A DNA stretch of 62,256 nucleotides, the filler included, from Dugesia japonica (Eukaryota), in the NCBI GenBank assembly GCA_001938525.1. It is 6 parts of 6 records of this genome, joined end to end, with 100 filler letters (N's around TTAATTAATTAA, not from the genome) between each part and the next. Parts side by side here need not be neighbours in the genome. Positions count along the whole stretch, not along the records: positions 10,223 to 19,485 come from MQRL01621039.1; positions 19,586 to 33,401 come from MQRL01645486.1; 4 more parts are not named here. One strand, given 5' to 3'. The notes beneath the pieces were generated by a model. That model searched no databases. It was not told the DNA's origin and saw nothing but the letters and a program-made list of their open reading frames with translations. Of the stretch, positions 12,050 to 24,390 are shown piece by piece. The translations under genes were made by a program, and so were the position numbers. Each line of letters starts with the position of its first letter. The stretch's first letter is position 1.

Positions 12050-13240
12050 TTTGAAATACAAAATCTAACTATAGTTTCTGTTCACTTATATTAATGTTGA
12101 AAATGCTTCCTCACATTGATCATTCCACATTAATTTATTAAATTCGTTTCCACATAATCTTTTCAATACTCTTGAATATTATGAATAATCTTTTATATAG
12201 TTCCTGTGATAGTTACCTAATTCTAGAAAACGTCTTAAAAGATTAATGCAATTTGATTTCTGAAATTTCATTATTACTGATATCTTCTCCCAATTAGTTT
12301 ATATTCCTACTTCTCTAATAATATATTCTTAAAATTTAATCTTTCTTAAAAATATTTACATTTTTCAGGACTTATTTTTAGACCAGTTTCTTTGATTTTA
12401 TGAAATATTTTTTCTGAATCATTGGAAGAACACATGAAAAAATTAGAATAAATAAGTATATCATCTAAATTAACCAATGCATTTTTCCAATTTAAAGAAC
12501 AAAGCACAGTAATCATCAATTTCTGAAAAGTTGTAGAAGCTACAAAAATACCGAAAGGCATCCTCTTGAAACAATATAGACCTTTTTCTTAGACTTTTCT
12601 TTTGATTTTTTAAATCTAACTTAACTTGTGAATATGCGTTTTCTAAATCAAATATAGAGAAAAATTTTGATCCATAAAGTACTTCTAACATGCGATTTAC
12701 AATTCAGCTTTCCATATGCAGTATGGCTACGTATTTGGGTTATCCCAATTAAGCATCCAATTTAATGCTTGATGATCTGTTCCTACCACAAATAGTGATC
12801 CAATTAAATAGTGCCTAAACTTCAGTACAGGCGCTCTTTTTTATGATGTAGTACTGTCTCTGACTTTTTGTTAATGTCTTCGATGCATAGTATAATACTT
12901 AACAGAAGCAAATGCACCTAAGATATATTATCCATCCTTTTTTTGGCAAAGCTAGTACTGGTGGTTCCATCAACATTTTACGTAGCTTGTAAAAATATTT
13001 TTTATTTGTCTACTGAAATTTGTTTTCTTTTTTAACTTTGAATTAAGTGGTACTGATAAATTTGAATAATTATTTTATCTCTTATAATAATTAAATAAAA
13101 AACAAAAATGTTTGAAGTTCTTTTCGGCATTAAAGAATCTCACATTTCTATTGCCATTATTTTATCAGGATTTGTTGCAATTCCATCTTTAGTTACTATG
13201 TGTCCGAGATTTTGTATTCTTTCCTATAAAGTTTCTGCTT
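12050..13240 (-). pseudogene. Gypsy reverse transcriptase remnants
   Basis: FSIFDLENAYSQV, MPFGIFVASTTFQ, ALVNLDDILIYS, GLKISPEKC; LGHIVTKDGIATNPDK near 13160-13210. Confidence 0.85.
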
Positions 13241-13439
13241 ATGTTATATAAATATAAATATTAAATAATAAGATTATGAAATTTAAACCTTTATTTCTAA
13301 TAAAATAGCTATATTAAAACATATCAAATTCATTCTAATATTTGGAATGTATTTAAATTTAAATATTCAATTGTTTGAATTTCATATATTTAAATATTAA
13401 TATAATTAAAATATATCGCAAAGACAGTTCATCTACGCT

Positions 13440-15170
13440 TCTTTAATTTGTACTCACACTAGGTCTGTGTGAAGTCTGTTGCACTCAATTGGTAGTTGTT
13501 CACTCTCATCCAAAACAGTTATTGAATCAGAGATTATTCCCTCGTCAAAAGACTACACTTTAATCTAAAACATTTCTCATCTATGAACCCCACAAATTTT
13601 CAACTCTGCAATTTCTGACAATATTCTGCAGAATTGACCTTTAATATATAGCTGAAACTAGCTCCTTTACTCTCAAAGACCTCTAATTTGGGTAAAATTT
13701 CTTCTTTTACATCGGGTTTAATTCCTTATTTTCATCTAAACTCATTTCATTCTCGACTACTTTCATCTATCTGTTTCTATTATCTTGACACCACATTTTG
13801 AAATTTCTCTCATTTGATCCCTGATTAACATAATAATTTTTATCTATTATCATAGCACCTTTTCCTTTATTTCCAAATCTACTGCTCAATTCTTATCAAT
13901 CCTGACTAATATGACATTTCAATCTGCACCAAAACATTGTATATGCCGTCTTCCTAAACACTCTTTATTCACATGTCCTTCTAATTCACATGCCAAACAT
14001 TTTATCGCTAGTCTTAAAGGCAATCCCATTTTAAATGACTTTATTGCTTCCACTACAGACTTTTCCTTATTTCACCTGTATTTTCTTATCGCTTTTCTTC
14101 TTAATTTCGTATATCTTACCATTTCCTTGTGACCACATTAGCGAAACTTCGCACCACATTAAATAAATATTCCATTATTCCTACTTTATCCAATGATCTC
14201 AATATTTCATTATTATCTTTCACATTATTTACTTTGTGCAATCAAATTTCATCTTCACCTCTTTTAATCAGTGACTATGCTGTGAGTTTTTATCGCTTTA
14301 ATTTCTCCACCGTATTCATATAAATTTCAAAATTTTCAGCACCCCGTCTATGTTCGAAAGCATTTCTCATATCTTTCAAAACATCTCGCTCCGTATCATT
14401 TGCTCATCTTAAGTGTTCCTGAAAACTATCAGGAAAATTATTGCGAGAATAATTGTTGGACATAACCATTGATCATTTTATAGGATTCATTTAATAAAAA
14501 AGCTTTGATCAAAATTTTGGGGTTTTTATTGATATTGGATAACAATTCGATATATCGACCTTGTCTTCGTCAGGAATTGACTTTTTTGACAACTATTTTT
14601 CATTGGTAACTATTTTTTCTTGTTCTTTTTTATTTGAGATACCTTTTACTTCAAAGCATACTTCACATTTTTATTAATTTTTCAACGTCATTATTTCATC
14701 CGAAAACCCATCTGTTAGAGCGTCTGTGTTAATCGCTGCCACCATGTTAGATATAGGTGCAACGTGTTCAAACGACAAAACTTTAATTTTAAAAAAGGGA
14801 TTCATATCAATAAAATTAAGTTTCTTTTAATCTTATTTGAAAACAGATCTATTGGATTTTTAAACGCATTTAATTCAATCTTAATACTTTCTTTCTTTTT
14901 TTCTTAATGTCTTTCCAATTTACTAATTATCAACAAAGTAAAAACCAAACAAATTCAAGTAAAAAACCCAATTGACACAATTCAAATATAAATAAAATTA
15001 CATATGTAAATTACAAAAAAATTCAATATACTTAATAGAAATCTTTATTTAATTTAATTTAATAAATACGTCAATAATTATTTAGTTGTTAATTTAATCT
15101 AACTTAAATATATGATTTTGTATTACCAAATATATTCTGTGAAGACTTTAGTTTATAATAAATAAACGGC
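13440..15170 (-). mobile_element. Gypsy 5' region: LTR, tRNA-Leu PBS, decayed gag
   Basis: Minus strand ...CTAACA-TGGTGGCAGCG (PBS 14744-14734); decayed gag with CX2CX4HX4C-like knuckle near 13960-14000; LTR outer boundary uncertain. Confidence 0.7.
14505..14590 (+). repeat. Short dispersed repeat, also at ~54115-54185 and ~57785-57860
   Basis: Shared AAAATTT..GGTTTTT..ATAA.AATTC.AT..T.GA..TTGTCTT...(C)AGGAATTGACTTT. Confidence 0.6.
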
Positions 15171-15592
15171 AGCGACGAAGTACAGCAATAATTATTGAGA
15201 AAGTTACTATTTTAAATAATAAATAACAATTCTATTTTTCCAAATGGAGTATTAAATAAAATGTTAACTTTAAAGATACATCATTAATTTTCTAAACGAA
15301 TTAAATTAAAAAGAAATTATTGCAATGGAATAATTTAGTCGTAATTTTACGTAAATATAAAAATTAATTATTATATATTATATAAAAGTTGAAATAATAA
15401 TTTACTTTGACTTAAATCATAAATTGTAATTAAATTAAAACATTTGGACTTTGTTTAATTGCATTTATGAGCAAATATTAATTTTTTAAATTTTATTTTT
15501 AATAATTTATTTAATAAATTTTATTAGTAATAATATATTACTGCAGTTTTTGAATAAAATTTAATTTCAAAATAATTTTTCTTGTATTGTAA

Positions 15593-16111
15593 ATGGAATG
15601 CCTCAGCCAAATTCCTTACACGTCCGTTATTGGATTTATATCTGTAATGATAGGATGTGCAGTAACCGGTGCTACGCTATATGATTCTATTAATCGAACG
15701 GATGAATTATTAACGAAATATTTTTTTAAAATCAATTTTCTGGGAACAGCACTTATCACCTTTACAGGAATGTCTGTAGTGTTGGTAATGATCTGTGTCT
15801 TTGTTCTAATTTTTGCATTTATTGGTACATTGGCTACTAGAAACAAAGTTTATCACAGATCACGATGCATTTTGGGAGGACGAAAAACTGCAGCTTTTGT
15901 AAGAAGTGTTGATCACAATGCTAATTTATTTCTGCAATTCAGTTGATGTGCGTCTTATTTATAGCGAACATTGTGTGGATAGGAGTGATGTGTTTGCTAA
16001 TGGTTCCAGTTTTAGCATGGTTGATGCTAAGTAGTACATGCTTCAATGAGATCTCACAGCATCAAAAGTCGGTGAAACAATTTTCATATAATTTCAGCTT
16101 GAATAATTATG
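15593..16111 (+). CDS. Myelin proteolipid family (M6/GPM6/PLP-like) membrane protein, exons 15593-15898 and 15943-16111
   Basis: CLSQIPYTSVIGFISVMIGC (cf. CLGGIPYASLIATIL), GTLATRNKVY..CILGGRKTAAF, hydrophobic TM segments; 44-nt GTAAGA..GCTAAT..TTCAG phase-0 intron; GTAAG donor at 16112; downstream exons not identified. Confidence 0.85.
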
Positions 16112-16127
16112 GTAAGAATAAACTTCT

Positions 16128-17450
16128 TATAAATACTACTTATAAATATTCATAAATATTCATAAATATTATTCATAAATATTATTCATGAATATTATTC
16201 ATAAATATTCATAAATATTATTCATAAATATTATTCATAAATATTATTCATGAATATTCATAAATATTATTCATAAATATTATTCATGAATATTCATAAA
16301 TATTATTCATAAATATTNNNNNNNNNNNNNNNNNNNNNNNNNNNNNNNNNNNNNNNNNNNNNNNNNNNNNNNNNNNNNNNNNNNNNNNNNNNNNNNNNNN
16401 NNNNNNNNNNNNNNNNNNNNNNNNNNNNNNNNNNNNNNNNNNNNNNNNNNNNNNNNNNNNNNNNNNNNNNNNNNNNNNNNNNNNNNNNNNNNNNNNNNNN
16501 NNNNNNNNNNNNNNNNNNNAATATTATTCATGAATATTATTCATAAATATTCATAAATATTATTCATAAATATTATTCATAAATATTATTCATAAATATT
16601 CATTATATTATTCATAAATATTCATTATATTATTCATAAATATTATTTATGAATAATATTTATTATTTATATATTTATTATTTATTAATTATTATTTAAT
16701 TAATTATTTAATTAATTATTTAATTAATTATTTAATTAATTATTTATTTATTATTTATATATTAATGAATAATATTTATGAATAATATTTATGAATAATA
16801 TTTATGAATATTTATGAATAATATTTATGAGTAATATTTATGAATAATATTCATGAATAATACTACTCATAAATACTACTCATAAATACTACTCATAAAT
16901 ACTATTCATAAATACTATTCATAAATACTACTCATAAATACTATTCATAAATACTATTCATGAATTCTAGTAAATACTACTTATAAATACTACTCAAATA
17001 CTACTCATAAATACTATTAATAAATACTACTCATAAATACTACTCATAAATACTACTCATAAATACTACTCATAAATACTATTCATAAATACTACTCATA
17101 AATACTACTAATAAATACTACTTATAAATACTACTCATAAATACTACTCATAAATACTACTCATAAATACTACTCATAAATACTACTCATGAATACTACT
17201 CATAAATACTACTCATAAATACTACTCATNNNNNNNNNNNNNNAATACTACTCATAAATACTACTCATAAATACTACTCATAAATACTACTCATAAATAC
17301 TACTCATAAATACTACTCATAAATACTATTCATAAATACTACTCATAAATACTATTCATAAATACTACTCATAAATACTACTGATAAATACTACTTATAA
17401 ATACTACTCATAAATACTATTCATAAATAATATTCATAAATACTACTTAC
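16128..17450. repeat. 13-bp satellite: (ATAAATATTATTC)n, inverted block, then (ATAAATACTACTC)n
   Basis: Directly visible tandem units. Confidence 0.95.
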
Positions 17451-17689
17451 AAACATTATCTCAGAAATATTGATTTTAAGTAAAATTATTTGATTTTTGT
17501 TAAAAATATGGATTTTCTATTAGATTTTTGAAATAGAATTATCAATTTTCTAATTTATAAAAGTGATTTTGGTATTGTTCTACTTACATAATTTCCCCCT
17601 ACTCCTGTACATATATAAGCACTATTAATTTAATTAAAACCTCGAGTTAGTCCAATAGTGGGGCCATACTTTGTTCGTGCAAATCTCCA

Positions 17690-18292
17690 TAATTTGATAA
17701 TACGACAAATACTTCGATAATACGACAAATACTTTGATAATACGACAAATACTTTGATATGGCAAATACGTTTATATAATATGACAAATACTTTGATAAT
17801 ACGACAAATACTTTGATATGGCAAATACGTTTATATAATATGACAAATANNNNNNNNNNNNNNNNNNNNNNNNNNNNNNNNNNNNNNNNNNNNNNNNNNN
17901 NNNNNNNNNNNNNNNNNNNNNNNNNNNNNNNNNNNNNNNNNNNNNNNNNNNNNNNNNNNNNNNNNNNNNNNNNNNNNNNNNNNNNNNNNNNNNNNNNNNN
18001 NNNNNNNNNNNNNNNNNNNNNNNNNNNTTTGATAATACGACAAATACTTTGATATGGCAAATACGTTTATATAATATGACAAATACTTTGATAATACGAC
18101 AAATACTTTGATATGGCAAATACGTTTATATAATATGACAAATAATTTGATAATACGACAAATACTTTGATAATATAACAAATACTTTTATATAATATGA
18201 CAAATACGTCGATAATATGACAAATACTTTTATATAATATGACAAATACGTCGATAATATGACAAATACTTTAAATATAATATGACAAATAC
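17690..18292. repeat. Minisatellite of 19-22 bp units (TTGATAATACGACAAATACT) with ~61 bp higher-order unit
   Basis: Directly visible; generates spurious repetitive ORFs. Confidence 0.95.
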
Positions 18293-18412
18293 TGCTTATA
18301 AATATAGTCAGCCCCGTCTGTTCCAATACCACAACGCCCCTATACCGCCAAAAATATTTATTTTAAGCAATTCCCGAATTTGGGCGGTATAATTTTTTAT
18401 TCTCTCATTATA

Positions 18413-18490
18413 CAGCCACCCTCATTACACCGCGATAAATTTTTGTTTAAAAATTTGCACGAATTGAGGCGGTATAATGAGGGTTGACTG
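18413..18490. mobile_element. Tc1/mariner (Tigger-like) MITE with TA target duplication
   Basis: TA-CAGCCACCCTCATTACACCGC ... GCGGTATAATGAGGGTTGACTG-TA. Confidence 0.75.
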
Positions 18491-19485
18491 TACCACTTAC
18501 AAATAGATCTGAGAAATATTGATTTCAAGGAAAATTATTATTCTGATTTTTATAAAAATGTGGTTTGTCTATGACATCTGTGAAATAGAATTATCAATTA
18601 TAGAATTATCAATTATAGAATTATCAATTTTATAATTTATAAAAGTAATTTCATATTTTTCACGTAGCCCAACATGAATAAAATCTATTGGTGTATTATT
18701 ATATTGGGAGGATGAGATTTCCTCATAATCAGTCCATCTCATCCTATCCAGCGATCAAGAAAATTTTTATTTTAAAAAGTCACTAACATTTCTTCCTCAA
18801 TAAGGTGGTGCTGGATATTCTTTACAATATCTAGTTTTATAACACATTATGTACCTTTTCTTGCGGAGTAGTCATCTAGGCGATATTTAAAAAATAATTC
18901 GCTAACCAAAAAGTAAATAACATTAAAAATTTTCAATATCATTTTGAACAAAACATTAATAATGACTGATTGATAGAATTTATATGAAAACATTGTGCAT
19001 TCATATTTAATTAACTTTTAATAACTTTCTAAAATTGTCTTAAAATACTTTATGAGCACTTCGTATTACAACATTTAATAATACTATTTGATGGAATTCA
19101 TTTAGATGTAGATTTATATTTATTTTTATTTACAAGTGTTATGAAAATTAGATCATTTCTATTGAAATTCTCAGAAGTTTGTGCCTCCCAGTTTGGAATC
19201 ACCGGTATTTTGACTAAAACACTGCGTCCATTTATATACATTTTTTCTTGAAATATCTACTCTGTTTTTCTTTTATTTGCTTTTGTTAATTAACATTTCC
19301 AAAACTATCGAATCTCAGCAGTATCAAATTTGAAAATGAAAGTTCTAAAATCCAATTATAAATCGTATTAAAGAAATTATCATATTTCTCATTGACCAAG
19401 AGATATATTCAATCTCAAATTCTAATTATAAATAATTATATGAAGGAATACTTATAATATCCAATTTATTCTTTCATTAAAAAAA

Positions 19486-19585
19486 NNNNNNNNNNNNNNN
19501 NNNNNNNNNNNNNNNNNNNNNNNNNNNNNTTAATTAATTAANNNNNNNNNNNNNNNNNNNNNNNNNNNNNNNNNNNNNNNNNNNN
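19486..19585. other. Artificial contig spacer
   Basis: N-TTAATTAATTAA-N. Confidence 0.95.
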
Positions 19586-20260
19586 TTTGCCGGGTCTGGT
19601 TGTTTTCCTTGATCTGATATTAAATGGCCCAAATATGTCACTTGATTTTTCGCACATTCACACTTTGTAGGTTTCACTCTAAGGTTCCACAATCTTTGTC
19701 TCACAAATATATTTCGTAAATCCTTTAGGTGCTCCTGGAATGTTGTTGAGAATATCAATAAGTCGTCAATATATACCATACTCTGTGGTATCCCGTGTGT
19801 CACAAAATTCATCGTTTGCTGAAATGATGCCGGAGCATTTGTTAATCCAAACGGCATCCTCACAAATTGATACAAATCCTTTCCTGCTGAAAAGGCTGTC
19901 TTCTCTTTGTCTGTCTCTTCTATTTTGATCTGCCAATATCCACTCCGTCAATCTAATGTTGTGAAAACTTTTGCATTACACAATAACATCAACATCTCAT
20001 TGAAATCCGGTAACGGGTATGTATCCTTTTTTGTCTTAGCATTTAATTGTCGATAATCAATACGAAATCTCGCAGATCCATCTTTCGACTTGGAATTGCC
20101 ATGGAAAACAACTGGGTTCAATTACTTTACTCTTGAGCATCTAGTCAATTTTCTCATCACAAATTCCAATATTTACTTCTGCTTGTTTATAGGTTTTCAG
20201 TTTCGCCGGCGTTTCGTCTGTCAAGATAATCGCATGCTTCATTATGGAACCTGTTCCTAG
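19586..20260 (-). pseudogene. Gypsy-type reverse transcriptase
   Basis: DGSARFRIDYRQLN, DTYPLPDF, FTTLD, MPFGLTNAPASFQ, VYIDDLLIFS, VKPTKC, VTYLGHLIS. Confidence 0.92.
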
Positions 20261-20610
20261 TTCGTTATCAGTCCACGCAAATATATATCTGAATTCCTCT
20301 AGTAATGCTAGTAATTGCCTTTTCTTTGATATCGTCAGTAGTGGTGATTCAATTTAAATGTTCAATCTACCTCTTCTCTTTTTGGATCTAAATCGATTTC
20401 CATTCATTTCGCTATTTCGCCTTTAAGTACATCCATTAATTTCTCTTTATTATCATCAACTGTCTCGTCTATTTCGTCCATTGGCGTTAATTTTACAATT
20501 TTTGAGGTGGATATATCGTAATATCTTTTTCCATCATATTTAATACATTTACTGGTACTTTACCAGCTTCCAGTATTTTCGTTTTGAGAACCCTTCATGA
20601 GGTTCAAACA

Positions 20611-21110
20611 TCATTTGTCCTTCCTAATCTGCATCTGTTTTTGCCATATATAGAATACCTGACTCCTCCTTGGTATTAAGATTTTTTTATTCGTATACAC
20701 TTCATTTTCTTTTGTATGTAGGTTCTCTCTAGATCCGGTAATTTGTAGTGTGGTCATATCTAACACTGCATTCTTCATTATCAATCGTATCAAATCTGTT
20801 CTAATTATGCATTTTTCGCTCATTTTCATTATTACCATTTCTTGCATCACAGGTATGTCTTGGAATTCTACCTCGCATTTTAGCTTTCCAATTATATTTA
20901 GCTTACCTCCGTCTGCCACCACGACTTCCGTTTTTGAAGGTGTGATATACGGCCATTTTAACGTTGTCACTAAATCACAATGTAGTACTGATATTATTGC
21001 ACCCGTATTCAATAAAGCTGATATTTTCCGTCCATCAACTGTTACATCTATCATTACTCTCGACCCCACATTAGAACTGTTGTAGTATAAGTATTCTTTC
21101 TTAATTGGTC
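20611..21110 (-). pseudogene. Retropepsin aspartic protease 2 (catalytic D>N)
   Basis: VTVDGRKISALLNTGAIISVL ... VVADGGKLNIIG ... CIIRTDLI. Confidence 0.88.
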
Positions 21111-21239
21111 GTTCAAGTTCACTCACTATAAGACTNNNNNNNNNNNNNNNNNNNNNNNNNNNNNNNNNNNNNNNNNNNNNNNNNNNNNNNNNNNNNNNNN
21201 NNNNNNNNNNNNNNNNNNNNNNNNNNNNNNNNNNNNNNT

Positions 21240-21420
21240 TCATTTTCGCATGTTCCAATAGTATGTCCTGTTTCTCCGCAATTAAAACACTGATGTATAG
21301 CTTTCATACAACGCTCTGTTGTATGATTCATTAAATTACATTTTTCACATCGCTTAGTAAGTTTATTATTTTACCAACAATAATCTGATTGATGGTTAAT
21401 CTTATCACAATGTATACATC
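21240..21420 (-). pseudogene. Three CCHC zinc knuckles (nucleocapsid-like)
   Basis: CIHCDKINHQSDYC, CEKCNLMNHTTERC, CFNCGETGHTIGTC, in the same frame as ORF 21449-21733. Confidence 0.88.
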
Positions 21421-21448
21421 TTGGATGTCTGAACTGAATTTGACTCCT

Positions 21449-21765
21449 TCAATTACTACTAAATTGATCCAAATCTATTTGTCCATCTGGAAATACTTTT
21501 GGCATTATGTATAACCCAGTAATACATTCAACCATGATATTATCCATTATCGTCATTGCGTGCATGAATCGTCCTCGGGACGTTAGTACTAGACAATCTA
21601 TTTCTCCGACGGATTCTATTGCTTCGCCAGTTATCATTATTAGTTCATCTGATGTTTTTCGTCTTTTTAATTTATCTACTTCATATAACACCTTGAAATT
21701 TATTATCGAGCTACTTGCTCCTGTGTCTATCATAAAATCTAAGATTTGACCATTTATTGTTAATC
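21449..21765 (-). pseudogene. Retropepsin aspartic protease 1
   Basis: LTINGQILDFMIDTGASSSII ... MITGEAIESVG ... CITGLYIM. Confidence 0.88.
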
Positions 21766-21857
21766 ATTTCATTAATACTTTGTATCCTGGCGATAACAGT
21801 GGGACTAAACTTTGTGTATCATCTTTTCTGACATCTTCTTCACTTTTCGATATAATA

Positions 21858-22451
21858 CTATTGTTGTCGTTTTTCCTGTTCCACCACTTTTCTTGACAAT
21901 TCATCATACACTCCAAATTCGTCTGTTTGATTTTTATTTTCGTAATAGGCTCCTTGCCATTGTGATGCAGGCGGTATACCTTTTGACTGATTCATTAACC
22001 ATTGATTATATGCTGATGCCGATGCTCCTTCCATTATTTCTTGCAATTCTTCGTATACTTCTTCATCAATGACCGGGTTATATTCCTTTTTCTCGTGATA
22101 TGCATCGGTCCATAGTTGCGCTTGTTGTACGTTTCTCGTCTGTTCTCTTACTCTTTGATTATACTCTGGGGTTGACTCTCGAATCTTCGGCCGATTATTG
22201 TTTGGTCTATCACTGTCATCGCTACTACTATATTGCCTTCTCCGCGGTTTGAATACATCAAATATCGTTGTCTTCCTTTCTTTCCGTTTTCTCATATCTT
22301 TACATATTGCAGGAATTTGATTGATTATCTGTTCATTCGTTCCTCTAATTTGGCTCATATATCTCAGTAATCTTCTTGTGTCATGCAGATTTTTTGAATG
22401 ACTACTTAATACTACTGATTTTGCCCAAGCCGGAAACAATCCCATCATCAT
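21858..22451 (-). CDS. Unknown hydrophilic ORF after the env TM (cytoplasmic tail/linker)
   Basis: 197 aa ORF, basic/Ser-rich; directly follows hydrophobic env C-terminus. Confidence 0.5.
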   Translation of the reverse strand: MMMGLFPAWAKSVVLSSHSKNLHDTRRLLRYMSQIRGTNEQIINQIPAICKDMRKRKERKTTIFDVFKPRRRQYSSSDDSDRPNNNRPKIRESTPEYNQRVREQTRNVQQAQLWTDAYHEKKEYNPVIDEEVYEELQEIMEGASASAYNQWLMNQSKGIPPASQWQGAYYENKNQTDEFGVYDELSRKVVEQEKRQQ

Positions 22452-22454
22452 TGA

Positions 22455-24390
22455 CTAAGATAACTTTCTTTCTTTCTTATATAAATCGAAACACGCTAGT
22501 AATTGTGTTAATATNNNNNNNNNNNNNNNNNNNNNNNNNNNNNNNNNNNNNNNNNNNNNNNNNNACTTTAACTATTTGTACTATGAATATTATTCCTAAC
22601 AATCCCGCTATTGCTTGTCCAAAAACTATTTATTGACCCCACATTTTCTTCATCACATTTACTGTTGCCATCTGAAAATGATCTGGTGATAATAGTAATT
22701 CGTAGTTTGGTCTACCGTCTGATGTGAATCCTCCTCCGGCTATTTGTACAAGATTGGATAGAATTTGGATCCTCTTTACAGGAAATAACATATGTTCTCG
22801 TGCTCTATCTAAGTCGTCTTGCTGGTAAATTCCACCTTCGGCTACATTTAACGGTGTAAATTTTGCTCCACCTTTTAATTGCAATCGTGAAAAATTTCTG
22901 ACTCCTGTTACTGGAAGTCTTCTCGGAAATCGTACCCATTTATTGTTATGTAGTTTAAAGTAATGTCCAAATAGGTTTGAACAACTTATCATGTTCGGGA
23001 CAAATCCTCTTGGTGATATCACTCTGGTGATTGACTGCACAAATCGTCTTTCTCTGTTATATATGATTTCCACCTCATTATAACATTAATTATGTTCTTT
23101 TGGTGCCAACGTTGCGTTCACCTTTTTGCATCGATATATGAACATTACCTCTCCCACAATTCGTGCAAGTTGTCCTTCTTCTATCGGTAATAATGGTGAT
23201 GCATTACCTGGATTTGTAGTTGCTGTTGCCAATTTCGTCTTTAGTATTTCGTTATTTAATGTACAATCGTTCCACACTAGATCATGATATATTTTCTCTG
23301 TTGAGGCTTGTGTTAAATGAAACAAATAATCCACTTTATTATTAATATGGAGATGTACCTTCGTATCCTCTGATGTGATTCCTGCTTTAGCTCTCTCTAA
23401 TCTTGTTTTTGATACCCATAAACTTTTGTAATTCGTTTTGTACACTAATTCTTCACATTTCGATTTTGTTTTCTTTCGTATTAATCGTATCATATCGTTT
23501 TTGCCAGTTGACATTAAGACTACTGGGGTTTCTACCCAGTGTATTTCACCTGTTTTTGGTTTCATTGCTTCATCCATCTTACCTTCTGGTGGTATCGTTT
23601 CCTTTTCATCTACTTCAATAACTTTTTTACCTTGATATTCGTCAAACACGGTTTCTTTTAGAAATGACATTGCACATTCTTGATGATTAACATTATATAC
23701 TAAAGTTGACATTCCAGTATCACATGAAATATCTGACGCTTTACACATAGTATACATTTTCATCAATTGTGTNNNNNNNNNNNNNNNNNNNNNNNNTTCT
23801 TTTAATTCTACTCGATAACTTTCTATCGCTACCACATAACTGGTGACTACCCCCTTTACAGTATAGGTGACTCGAGTACATGTTCCATGTTTATCCGATA
23901 TGCTTCCTGCTGCGAATATTCTTGTTTGCATGGTCTGTCCACTTTTAGCATTAACAATTTTTCCTTCAGCTACTCGTATCTTTCCGGTTATAAATCCTTC
24001 TTCTCATTGCTGTCCTGTTAGATAAATCTATCTCACTTCTTGTCCGGTTTCGATAATTGCTGTATAGCTTCTTGTCCCACAGTAATACACAAAAACTGTC
24101 ATGGTCGCTCTACATTCTCTCACCTTTATCTTGTAATAATCTGATTCCTGATACACAAATATGGTATTGCCTTTTGAAATATTCTTTGTTCTAATTTCAA
24201 TGGATTTGCTTATGGACATTCATCCACGTCTACTAGTGAGTACACTGTTTCTCTAATATCCATTTTATCGCAATCATATGCTTTTANNNNNNNNNNNNNN
24301 NNNNNNNNNNNNNNNNNNNNNNNNNNNNNNNNNNNNCTCGGCCCATCAGAAGCATTATCATTAATACCATTAACATTGATTGTATGCCGT
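22455..24390 (-). pseudogene. Envelope glycoprotein, chuvirus-G/gB-like class III fusion protein
   Basis: Signal-like MLMVLMIMLLMG; KAYDCDKMDIRETVYSLVDVDEC; VYQESDYYKIKVRECRATMTVFVYYCGTRSY; AGSISDKHGTC; NNKVDYLFH; DCTLNNEILKTKL; GQLARIVGEVMFIYRCKKV; RFVQSITRVISPRG..ISC; GGIYQQDDL; TM FGQAIAGLLGIIFIV. Confidence 0.85.

Noticed and set aside
17630-18332. Repetitive ORFs / CRISPR-like regular repeats
   Set aside because: Tandem units without unique spacers, no cas genes, eukaryotic context; minisatellite
19111-19204. Possible third exon of the M6 gene (..EVCASQFGIT)
   Set aside because: Open and AG/GT-bounded but no convincing homology; left uncalled
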